From positions 124,001 to 188,000 of the IMG/VR virus record IMGVR_UViG_3300042566_001780: a stretch of DNA of 64,000 nucleotides; one strand, 5' to 3'. Below, one piece after another: positions 38,147 to 46,115 of this stretch (position 1 is the first letter of the stretch; every line of letters begins with the position of its first letter). A program made the position numbers and the translations under genes. The notes under the pieces are model-generated. The model had not been told where the DNA came from. It saw only the letters and a program-made list of their open reading frames with translations, and searched no databases.

Positions 38147-38803
38147 ATGAAAAAGTATCCGCGAACTGTTCACCTCCCTTGGTCCCTTGGAACCGAGAGC
38201 GATGACAAGATGTTGCAAAATGTAGATCATTTTGTTGGCAAGCAGATTGTCGTCACTATCAAAATGGATGGTGAGAACTGTACTGCCCACGCAAATGGTC
38301 ACATTCATGCTCGTTCTTTGGATAGTGTCTCGGGTCCTGATCGTGATTGGGTTAAAAAGTTTCTGCTTGAAAATGTGTGTTACAATCTTCCTGAGAACTG
38401 GCGTGTTTGCGGTGAAAATCTTTTTGCTAAGCACTCTATCTTCTACGAAGATCTGAAATCCTACTTTATGGGTTTTAGCATTTGGAATAACGAAAACATC
38501 TGTCTTTCGTGGGATGACACTCTTGCATGGTTCGAGTTGCTGAATGTGACTCCAGTTGAAGTTGTCTATGAGGGTATTTTTGATGTTGATGCATTGAAGA
38601 AGCTTGAAAAGACTATGGATTTTTCTAAGCAGGAAGGATATGTCATTCGACTAAAAGATTCATTCCACTATGATGAATTTGGCACCAATGTAGCAAAGTT
38701 TGTAAGAGCAAATCACGTGCAGACTGATCAACACTGGCGCCATTCTGCAATTGTTCCCAATGTCCTTAAGGATGAAAATGAAAAAGAAACGTGCAATAGT
38801 TAA
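38147..38803 (+). CDS. RNA ligase (compact nucleotidyltransferase domain)
   Basis: KYPRTVHLPWS, motif I KMDGEN, VCGEN, EGYVIR, AKFVRANH. Confidence 0.85.
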   Translation: MKKYPRTVHLPWSLGTESDDKMLQNVDHFVGKQIVVTIKMDGENCTAHANGHIHARSLDSVSGPDRDWVKKFLLENVCYNLPENWRVCGENLFAKHSIFYEDLKSYFMGFSIWNNENICLSWDDTLAWFELLNVTPVEVVYEGIFDVDALKKLEKTMDFSKQEGYVIRLKDSFHYDEFGTNVAKFVRANHVQTDQHWRHSAIVPNVLKDENEKETCNS

Positions 38804-39065
38804 GTGTCAAGTCATGGTGAGCAACATTAAGCAACAGAATGCTGCTTCATTCATGACTGATTTGACTCCAACCTTACGGGTCAATAATCTATCTTGGATC
38901 CCCGGAAGTCATCACAAAAACAAACTTGTATTTGATGCTGAGTATGGTCCAGTTGCCGGTGGGTGGCAGTCTGACGTGATTGCAAAAGTGAAGCGAGGCC
39001 TTGCAAAAGCTGGGTCTACTGCAGGTGTTCAAATTCTTAGTTACAATCGACAGGTGGTAGAGTGA
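38772..39065 (+). CDS. Hypothetical protein
   Basis: Start moved to the ATG after AAGG; overlaps the ligase end. Confidence 0.55.
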   Translation: MKMKKKRAIVKCQVMVSNIKQQNAASFMTDLTPTLRVNNLSWIPGSHHKNKLVFDAEYGPVAGGWQSDVIAKVKRGLAKAGSTAGVQILSYNRQVVE

Positions 39066-39295
39066 TGTTTTTTGAAATTGTTTCTCCAAGTAATGCCCGG
39101 CAAATGCTAGTTCGTTTGTCTGAGCCTGAAAAGATTCAGATTCGCATGTTGCAAAATGAAGCTCAACTTGATTCTTTTCGACATGAATTTCTGAAAGCAG
39201 ACGGTCCTCCATCTCTTGACACTATGAAAGAAGTGCATGCATCACTGATGGAATCTTTCAAGCAAAAAACCAATTCTGTTTCTACTCAATTTTGA
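39062..39295 (+). CDS. Hypothetical protein
   Basis: Translationally coupled 77-aa ORF. Confidence 0.55.
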   Translation: MMFFEIVSPSNARQMLVRLSEPEKIQIRMLQNEAQLDSFRHEFLKADGPPSLDTMKEVHASLMESFKQKTNSVSTQF

Positions 39296-39305
39296 AGGAA
39301 TTATC

Positions 39306-39899
39306 ATGGAAGACGAAAACAAGCTAAAGCAACTCGTTGAGTACATCAAAGTCACTGCGCCCATCAAGATTGTGGATGATAATACTGCTAAGGTCATGGC
39401 AGAGATCATCACCACCAATCTGGTCAATGGCATTGAGAATCTGAAACGTGTTACCGGTTCTAGTGCAAAATCCATCCAGCTGCTTAATGAAAAGTTGGAC
39501 AGCTACATCCAAAAGGTGAAGTCTGAAGAGAATCAGAAAGCTATTAGGAATGTTGGGTTGAATCTTGCTCAAGCTATGGGCCTAAAGGCCGCGCAGAAAC
39601 CTGTAGTTCAACCAAAACCTGTGGTGCAAGTGGCTAAACCAGTTGTGTTGAAGCCAAATAATCTCCACGTAATGGTGAAGACCCACCCTGATCCAAAAGT
39701 CAAACAACCTACTGGTTTGTACAAGGTCCAAGAACTGGTGGTTGAAGGCGATAAAGTCCAAGTGAAAATTCATGGAAACCGCGGATGGGTTCTTGATAGT
39801 CGTGGTGCCATTCCTCTGTTCCTTGATTTCTACAAAAACTATCGAACCAACAAGACAAAGATGACATCTATGTATGATGTGATTCGAAACGCAGTCTAA
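39306..39899 (+). CDS. Hypothetical protein
   Basis: RBS AAGGA; 197 aa with a PVVQ linker. Confidence 0.7.
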   Translation: MEDENKLKQLVEYIKVTAPIKIVDDNTAKVMAEIITTNLVNGIENLKRVTGSSAKSIQLLNEKLDSYIQKVKSEENQKAIRNVGLNLAQAMGLKAAQKPVVQPKPVVQVAKPVVLKPNNLHVMVKTHPDPKVKQPTGLYKVQELVVEGDKVQVKIHGNRGWVLDSRGAIPLFLDFYKNYRTNKTKMTSMYDVIRNAV

Positions 39900-39950
39900 T
39901 CACGATAATCCTATAAATAGGCAATAGTAACTAAAGGACTATTGCCTATT

Positions 39951-40562
39951 ATGTTTTCTACTCTCAAAGAAATGTTATCCCTCCAAGAGGGTGATGTCAT
40001 CAAAGCCAATTTTGGTAAACCTATTCGGTCTTCAGGAATTCCTGTCCCTCCTGGATTCGACCGATTTGAAGTTGAAGATGTCAATGATTCTGCTTCCAAC
40101 ATCATTGGTATCAAGGATGGCAATCGCAAAAAAGTATCTACTGCTTCTCCTGAACTAGCAAAAGCTTTGGTAGATGCATATAATCGTGGTGGTGAAACGT
40201 CATTTGATATTCAGCCCATGAAATTTGGCTCCAGTGAACAGCTTGCTCTAGATGATGTTGGTATATCATTGACGGAAAAACCATCTTACTGGGATGATTT
40301 TGAAGGATCTGGGTATGCTGCTAAGAGAAATCTAAATGATCTCAGTTTAAAGAGAATTGAAAAAGTTTTAGGTAGAAAAATTCCTATAATGACTGGTGAA
40401 GAAATTTATGGGACTTCAGTGAAACCTCGTGGACCTTTGGCTTCAGTCAAGAATATGCCAGATGACAGTTTTGTTATCATCAAATTTGATGATGGATCAA
40501 AGTATCTGGCATATACTAGAGAAGCAAATACCTACATTCGCACATGGCAAAAAATCGACTGA
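39951..40562 (+). CDS. Late hypothetical protein, possible internal head protein
   Basis: TATAAATA at 39912; start MFSTLKEMLSLQE. Confidence 0.65.
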   Translation: MFSTLKEMLSLQEGDVIKANFGKPIRSSGIPVPPGFDRFEVEDVNDSASNIIGIKDGNRKKVSTASPELAKALVDAYNRGGETSFDIQPMKFGSSEQLALDDVGISLTEKPSYWDDFEGSGYAAKRNLNDLSLKRIEKVLGRKIPIMTGEEIYGTSVKPRGPLASVKNMPDDSFVIIKFDDGSKYLAYTREANTYIRTWQKID

Positions 40563-41044
40563 CTTCTTCAACCTAAAAATAGTTGAGAATTTTTACCAAA
40601 AGTTTGTACAAACTTGCTAAATAAGTGTATAATTCATTTTTAGTTTAAAACCTTCCCTAAAGCTTATCATGAAAACCTTCTTCGAGACCACTAAGAATAA
40701 TCATTTCTGGCATAATGACCAGATGATTTCTTTTGCTCAGGAGAAAGATGAGCACAGTCTACCCGGACTTAAAGAAGGCGGAAGAGGTACTTAAAAAGTA
40801 ACTTGACCACAAATCTAAAAAGTCTGGGAACCAAAAAGGTTCCCAGTTTTGTTTTAGAGATACGCTATCAATGGCACACCCGGTGACCGCAACGGCGTAA
40901 AACAAAATGTTGCAGTTAGGAGGGGGGTTCCGGAGGGCAATCCAATGGACAACTACATGATGTGTGTAGGATCTATTTTGAAGTTCATTCATTATGAATG
41001 AACTCTTTCAAGATCATTTTCAATAGTGATCTTAAAAGAGTTTT

Positions 41045-41129
41045 CCATCAGATGCCAAACTGGTTATGGCACTCGACTTTTAATCGAGCGCGTTACGCTT
41101 TGTGGGTTCGAGTCCCACCTGATGGACCA
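41045..41129 (+). tRNA. tRNA-Lys(UUU) with long variable arm
   Basis: CCATCAG/CTGATGG, A73, CCA; CTCGA-CTTTTAA-TCGAG; variable arm CGCGTTACGCTTT. Confidence 0.85.
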
Positions 41130-41137
41130 AAGTTTTT

Positions 41138-41213
41138 GCCTGTTTAGCTCAGTTGAGAGAGCAAAATGTTGATAACGTTTAGGTCGCTGGTTTGAGTCCA
41201 GCAACAGGCACCA
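41138..41213 (+). tRNA. tRNA-Ile(GAU)
   Basis: GCCTGTT/AACAGGC, CCA; AAATG-TTGATAA-CGTTT. Confidence 0.9.
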
Positions 41214-41219
41214 AAAAAT

Positions 41220-41304
41220 GTCGCGTGTTGGCTGCTGGTAACGGCCCTCACCCTTTCAAGGTGACGTCTTTATGACTGCGGTTCGATTCCGCCACGCGAC
41301 GCCA
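41220..41304 (+). tRNA. tRNA-Glu(UUC) with long variable arm
   Basis: GTCGCGT/ACGCGAC, G73, CCA; TCACC-CTTTCAA-GGTGA; variable arm CGTCTTTATGAC. Confidence 0.85.
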
Positions 41305-41310
41305 AGTTAT

Positions 41311-41382
41311 TGGGGGATTGTCATCTGGTGATGACATTGCGCTTTGACCGCAAGAAGGTGGGTTCGATCCCCACTCCCCTTG
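41311..41382 (+). tRNA. tRNA-Gln(UUG), no encoded CCA
   Basis: TTGCG-CTTTGAC-CGCAA; T arm GTGGG-TTCGATC-CCCAC; 1-72 mismatch. Confidence 0.8.
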
Positions 41383-41430
41383 CACTTGACATAATTGTTC
41401 TCCTATAAATAGAGTATAAGGAGAACAATT

Positions 41431-42099
41431 ATGCAAAAAACACAAAAGAAATATCATTATATTTATAAAACAACTTGTCTAATTACTAAAAAATTTTATA
41501 TAGGCATGCACTCAACTGATAACTTAAATGATGGTTATCTTGGAAGTGGAAAGATTCTTAGTTATTCTATTGCCAAATATGGTAAGGCCAATCATGTTTG
41601 CGAAATTTTAGAATATCTACCTAATAGAGAAGCACTAAACGATCGTGAAAAAGAAATAGTAAATGAGGATTTATTAAATCATCCATTAAATATTAATCTT
41701 GTATATGGTGGTTCTGGTGGAACTCATGGAAAAGAGGCCGAGGTATGGGCAAGACCGGGGTATAAAGAAAGAGTAGCTATTTCTTTATCTAATGCGATGA
41801 AAAAACGTTGGTTACATATAGAATATGCAAATAAAATTAGTTTGCATAGGAAAATACTTTGGACTAATGATGAATATCGAAACAATATGCTTGTTGTTTT
41901 GCGATCGGCTTTTTTGGGAAAACAACACACTGCAAAAAGCAAAGCATTAATTGGTGAAAAAAATTCAATAAGTCAATTAGGATCAAAGAATTCCCAGTTT
42001 GGAACTTGCTGGATTACTAATGGAATAAAACCAATTAAAATAAAGAAAGAGTGTCTTGACGAATATTTGGTGAAGGGGTATCGTTTAGGAAGAAAATAA
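41431..42099 (+). CDS. Seg-like GIY-YIG homing endonuclease inside the tRNA cluster
   Basis: YHYIYKTTCLITKKFYIGMHSTDNLNDGYLGSG; NUMOD3-like GKQHTAKSKALI; own TATAAATA promoter at 41404. Confidence 0.88.
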   Translation: MQKTQKKYHYIYKTTCLITKKFYIGMHSTDNLNDGYLGSGKILSYSIAKYGKANHVCEILEYLPNREALNDREKEIVNEDLLNHPLNINLVYGGSGGTHGKEAEVWARPGYKERVAISLSNAMKKRWLHIEYANKISLHRKILWTNDEYRNNMLVVLRSAFLGKQHTAKSKALIGEKNSISQLGSKNSQFGTCWITNGIKPIKIKKECLDEYLVKGYRLGRK

Positions 42100-42124
42100 T
42101 TTGTTCATGTTTAGTGTTATTTGC

Positions 42125-42197
42125 TGGCCGGTAGCTCAGTTGGTAGAGTGTCGGGTTGTTACCCCGGGTGTCGCGAGTTCGAATCTTGCCCGGCCAG
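42125..42197 (+). tRNA. tRNA-Asn(GUU), no encoded CCA
   Basis: TGGCCGG/CCGGCCA, G73; TCGGG-TTGTTAC-CCCGG. Confidence 0.88.
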
Positions 42198-42210
42198 CAA
42201 ATAGCATTAT

Positions 42211-42288
42211 AGGGGAGTAGCTCAATTGGCAGAGCGCTGGTCTCCAAAACCAGAGGCTGTTCCGGTTCAAATCCGACCTCCCCTGCCA
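42211..42288 (+). tRNA. tRNA-Trp(CCA)
   Basis: AGGGGAG/CTCCCCT, G73, CCA; CTGGT-CTCCAAA-ACCAG; irregular T stem. Confidence 0.85.
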
Positions 42289-42343
42289 ATAATTATAACT
42301 TCGATCATCAAAATTTGGTGATGATGGAGATTTTAAAAACAAT

Positions 42344-42419
42344 CTGCACTTAGCTGTTCTGGTGAAAGCATGGCGCTGAAAACGCCGGGAGACTGGTTCG
42401 ATCCCAGTAGTGCAGGCCA
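42344..42419 (+). tRNA. tRNA-Phe(GAA)
   Basis: CTGCACT/AGTGCAG, CCA; TGGCG-CTGAAAA-CGCCG. Confidence 0.85.
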
Positions 42420-42426
42420 AAATTAT

Positions 42427-42500
42427 GGTGTTGGTAAGATAGTGGTAGTCCGCCTGTCTGTGAAACAGGAAGCGAGGGTTCGATTCCCCCCTTCACCCCA
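42427..42500 (+). tRNA. tRNA-His(GUG), degenerate
   Basis: CCTGT-CTGTGAA-ACAGG; two T-T mismatches in the acceptor; T rather than G at -1. Confidence 0.7.
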
Positions 42501-42507
42501 AAATAAT

Positions 42508-42583
42508 GCCAATGAAGCAATCTGGTGATTGCACCTGACTGTCGATCAGGTTCAGGCGAGTTCGATCCTCGTCATTGGCGCCA
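42508..42583 (+). tRNA. tRNA-Asp(GUC)
   Basis: GCCAATG/CATTGGC, G73, CCA; CCTGA-CTGTCGA-TCAGG. Confidence 0.88.
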
Positions 42584-42588
42584 TTCAT

Positions 42589-42663
42589 GGTTCATTGGCC
42601 GAGAGGCGAGGCAACTTCTTCATGCGGAGTCCTACAGTAGTTCGAATCTACTATGAACCACCA
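42589..42663 (+). tRNA. tRNA with CAU anticodon (Met or Ile2)
   Basis: GGTTCAT/ATGAACC, A73, CCA; ACTTC-TTCATGC-GGAGT. Confidence 0.8.
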
Positions 42664-42667
42664 AAAA

Positions 42668-42741
42668 GCCCCTGTAGTTCAATGAAAGAACACACCTTTG
42701 GTACGGGTGAGAAGACAGTTTGATTCTGTCCTTGGGCACCA
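42668..42741 (+). tRNA. tRNA-Thr(GGU), degenerate
   Basis: CACCT-TTGGTAC-GGGTG; acceptor has two mismatches; CCA encoded. Confidence 0.7.
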
Positions 42742-42790
42742 ATCTTTTGCTAAATAGATCCTATGTAGCCTTTTCGTAGGAGAAACACTC

Positions 42791-43387
42791 ATGCTAGTTA
42801 GCGAGCTTTTTGAAGCAAGAAACCCAAAATTAACCTATACCGAGAAACAAGTCAAGAAGGTCTTAGACCGGGTGACCGTTGAATTGACTGGAAATGAGAG
42901 TGGCGTTATGTCACGTTTAACTACTCGTTATTCCCGTTTAGACAAAGCTGCAAAATTAATGCAGGAAAAGCGTAATGCTCTAAACGAGGAAATGAAGCAA
43001 GTAGCAGAAAGCTTGTTTGATGCTCAAGATGAAGTGTTGACTCGTGTTGTGGATACGGTGTCATACACCATTACTTTGTCTAAAGCAGAAAAGGCAGAAT
43101 CAAAATCCCCAACCAAAAAAGTTGATTATTCTGCAGTGGTAAAAGAGCTTGCTCAGATGTTGCCTGAATTACAAGAAAAGATCGACCAAATCACTGAGCA
43201 ATACACCGAAATTATTCAACCAAAAGATACCCCGGTTAAGTTAATTGTTAAGTCAAAACTTGATGAAGGATTCACCGCTTTTGCAAAATCTTTAGTCAAG
43301 TCATTCAAAGAAATGCTGAAATCTATCAAATCTTGGGGTAAGGATTATGATAAGAGATTGGCTGCTTTGAAGAAACAGACATCATGA
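42791..43387 (+). CDS. Late helical protein, probable internal head protein
   Basis: CTAAATA at 42750; RBS AGGAG; start MLVSELFEA; internal KLDEGF. Confidence 0.7.
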   Translation: MLVSELFEARNPKLTYTEKQVKKVLDRVTVELTGNESGVMSRLTTRYSRLDKAAKLMQEKRNALNEEMKQVAESLFDAQDEVLTRVVDTVSYTITLSKAEKAESKSPTKKVDYSAVVKELAQMLPELQEKIDQITEQYTEIIQPKDTPVKLIVKSKLDEGFTAFAKSLVKSFKEMLKSIKSWGKDYDKRLAALKKQTS

Positions 43388-44100
43388 AACTTAGACAATT
43401 GCTTGAAAGCCAATCTCAATTTCTTCAAACAAGAGAAGAGATTGAAGCATGGCTCCAAAAGATGAAAATTGAAAACTACACCATTAGAAATGATCTTATG
43501 GTAGATGTTGATGGGGATGTTAACCTTTCTTTTAAAGGCTTATCATTCATTCCAGTCCAATTTTTCACAGTTATTGGAAATTTTTGGTGTTCACATAATC
43601 AATTAACATCACTCGACGGAGCACCTAGAGAAGTTGGCAGAGATTTTGAATGCGGTGAAAATGAGTTAACTTCTCTTAAGGGAGCACCTAGGGAAGTTGG
43701 TGGAGATTTTGATTGTTCTCATAATCAATTAACATCTCTTAAGGGAGCACCAAAAGATGTTGGCAAAGATTTTGATTGCAGCAATAATCAATTAACATCT
43801 CTTAAGGGTGCACCTAGAGAAGTGGGCGGAAATTTTTGGTGTTCACATAATCAATTAACATCACTCGACGGAGCACCAAGAGAGATAGGCGGTCATTTTA
43901 ATTGCAGCACAAATCAATTAACATCTCTTGAAGGTGCTCCAAGAGAAGTAGGCGGAAGTTTTTATTGTAGATGGAATAAATTAACTTCCCTTGAAGGTGC
44001 ACCTAGAGAAGTTGGTGGAAGTTTCAATTGTACTGGTAATGAATTGGCTTCATTAGATGGCATTGGAAATGTCACAGGTCAAATTTATTCGGATCTCTAA
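43384..44100 (+). CDS. Leucine-rich repeat protein 1 (eight 21-aa units)
   Basis: MKLRQLLES cap, then repeats of NQLTSLxGAPREVGGxFxCxx. Confidence 0.85.
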   Translation: MKLRQLLESQSQFLQTREEIEAWLQKMKIENYTIRNDLMVDVDGDVNLSFKGLSFIPVQFFTVIGNFWCSHNQLTSLDGAPREVGRDFECGENELTSLKGAPREVGGDFDCSHNQLTSLKGAPKDVGKDFDCSNNQLTSLKGAPREVGGNFWCSHNQLTSLDGAPREIGGHFNCSTNQLTSLEGAPREVGGSFYCRWNKLTSLEGAPREVGGSFNCTGNELASLDGIGNVTGQIYSDL

Positions 44101-44101
44101 A

Positions 44102-44572
44102 ATGAAGCTAAAACAATTATTTGAAAATAGCAATAACCAATTTCTTCAAACCCGAGAAGAAATTGAGACATGGCTCCAAAAGATGAAAATTAGAAACTAC
44201 ACCATCAGAGATGATCTGATGGTAGATGTTGATGGTAATGTAGATTTAAGTAAAAAGAATTTATCATTTATTCCAGTCAAATTTTGGGAAGTTGGTGGAG
44301 ATTTTGATTGTTCTCATAATCAATTAACATCACTCAATGGTGCTCCCAGAGAAGTTGGTGGAAGTTTTTGGTGTGGCCGTAATCAATTAACATCTCTTAA
44401 GGGAGCACCTAGAGAAGTTGGTAGAGGTTTTTTCTGCTATAACAATCAATTAACATCTATTGAAGGTGCTCCCAGAGAAGTAGGCGCGGATTTTAACTGC
44501 AGATTTAATAAATTAACATCTCTTGATGGCATTGGTAATGTAGGTGGCCAGATTTATTCGGATCTATCATGA
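44102..44572 (+). CDS. Leucine-rich repeat protein 2 (about four units)
   Basis: Start moved to ATG 44102 (MKLKQLFEN); close paralogue of protein 1. Confidence 0.85.
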   Translation: MKLKQLFENSNNQFLQTREEIETWLQKMKIRNYTIRDDLMVDVDGNVDLSKKNLSFIPVKFWEVGGDFDCSHNQLTSLNGAPREVGGSFWCGRNQLTSLKGAPREVGRGFFCYNNQLTSIEGAPREVGADFNCRFNKLTSLDGIGNVGGQIYSDLS

Positions 44573-45330
44573 AATTAAGACAATTATTTGAAAATAGCAA
44601 TACCCAATTTCTTCAAACTAGAGAAGAAATTTCTAATTGGTTGCTCGACAATACCATTCTCAAACCTCATGATTTCCAAATCAATGCCGATTTAACTGTT
44701 GACGTTTTTTCTAGCTTCAAAATCTTCATGTCAGCATGGGATTATGATTTGTACCGGCTGCCAGTGCGATTTGGATATTGCACTGGCAGTTTTGCACTAT
44801 CTCGTATAGCAAATCTACAAACATTAGAAGGTTGTCCAACCCATGTTGAAGGCTCTTTCTTTTGTGAAAGAACAGGCATCCAGGACCTCCAGGGTGCTCC
44901 CAGGGAAGTCGGTGGAGATTTCTTTTGTGGCTATTCAGAATCTCTAATGTCACTCGTGGGTGCTCCAGATAAGGTTGGAAGAAACTTTAAATGCAATAAT
45001 TGCCCTGATTTAGAATCTCTAGAGGGCGGTCCTTCTGAAGTTGGCTATGACTACAATTGCTCTTATAATGCATTGCGATCCTTAGTCGGAGCTCCTAGAG
45101 AAATAGGTGGTGAATTTGACTGCTCAAATAATGAATTATTTTCTCTAAAGGGAGCGCCTAGGGATGTTGGTCTTTCATTTGATTGCGCAAATAATAATTT
45201 GACATCATTGAAGGGTGCTCCATTGCACATAGGCGAAGATCTTATAGCTTGGGGAAATCAAATCGCCGGTTCTGCAAATTACGGCTATACACCCCGATCT
45301 ATTGGCGGTGAAATAATCGGGGTTGAATAA
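44569..45330 (+). CDS. Leucine-rich repeat protein 3
   Basis: MKLRQLFEN start; the same repeat type, more diverged. Confidence 0.85.
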   Translation: MKLRQLFENSNTQFLQTREEISNWLLDNTILKPHDFQINADLTVDVFSSFKIFMSAWDYDLYRLPVRFGYCTGSFALSRIANLQTLEGCPTHVEGSFFCERTGIQDLQGAPREVGGDFFCGYSESLMSLVGAPDKVGRNFKCNNCPDLESLEGGPSEVGYDYNCSYNALRSLVGAPREIGGEFDCSNNELFSLKGAPRDVGLSFDCANNNLTSLKGAPLHIGEDLIAWGNQIAGSANYGYTPRSIGGEIIGVE

Positions 45331-46100
45331 TGAAATTAGTTGACTTGTTTGAATCAGAAGATGATTTTGATTTCACTACCAAAGATGGAATAGCAGAGTG
45401 GTTAAAAGTAAATTATATTTGGGAGTTTTATGACATTCATGATGACTTAAGTGTATCTGTTTTTGACAATGTCAATATCACAGTTCTTGGAAAAGACAAG
45501 TCAAAAATTCCAGTTAAGTTTAGAAAAGTATACGCATTTTTAACTGACGTACCAATTACCTCTCTTGAAAATTTTCCAGATTCAGCAAGAGAAATTATTA
45601 TTCAAAGTGCAAAAATAAAGAATTTGCAAGGAATCACCCAAGATACCTTTGCATATTCAATACAAGCATGTAAAGAGTTGGAATCTTTAGATGGATTGCC
45701 GCAAGAAGTTAATGGAAGCATTTACATTAACAGATGCCCAATTACTTCCTTAAAGGGATCACCATTAAGAATCGACGGAGATTTTTCTGTTGTTCGGTGT
45801 GGTTTAAAGTCGTTGAGATATGGCCCAAGAGAAGTCACTGGATTACTCGATATACGAAAAAATGAACTAACTTCACTAAAAGGATGTCCTGAAGGTGTTG
45901 ATTACATAGATGCCACATCTAATTTGATCACTAATTTGATTGGTGTTCCGGAATCAGCAGATGAACTCTATTTAACAGATAATCCTTTAGAATCTTTAGA
46001 AGGATTGCATGATGGTCGTATTGTTGTTAGATCTATAGGTGCTAATATTTCAAAAGACGAAAAATTGAAATACCCAAATGCCACAATTGTGACTGAATGA
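45330..46100 (+). CDS. Leucine-rich repeat protein 4
   Basis: MKLVDLFES start; LESLDGLP and LTSLKGCP repeats. Confidence 0.8.
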   Translation: MKLVDLFESEDDFDFTTKDGIAEWLKVNYIWEFYDIHDDLSVSVFDNVNITVLGKDKSKIPVKFRKVYAFLTDVPITSLENFPDSAREIIIQSAKIKNLQGITQDTFAYSIQACKELESLDGLPQEVNGSIYINRCPITSLKGSPLRIDGDFSVVRCGLKSLRYGPREVTGLLDIRKNELTSLKGCPEGVDYIDATSNLITNLIGVPESADELYLTDNPLESLEGLHDGRIVVRSIGANISKDEKLKYPNATIVTE

Positions 46101-46115
46101 AACTGGAGAAAAGTT

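Noticed and set aside
40851-40907. Cas9 sgRNA/tracrRNA-like GTTTTAGAG...TAAAAC
   Set aside because: The similarity is limited to a short stem, with no repeat array, nexus or cas gene; retained only as part of the generic ncRNA candidate.
40668-41042. tmRNA, RNase P RNA or group I intron
   Set aside because: No tRNA-like GGGG..TCCACCA ends, GAGGAAAGTCC core or P7 signature was found. Short ORFs there (MKTFFETT..., MSTVYPD...) lack support.
41248-42723. ORFs 41248-41457, 42035-42289, 42136-42420 and 42529-42723
   Set aside because: They overlap tRNA genes and are translation artefacts.
43384-45330. CRISPR array or diversity-generating retroelement
   Set aside because: The repeats are in-frame 63-bp coding units; no reverse transcriptase, template/variable repeat pair or cas genes were seen.
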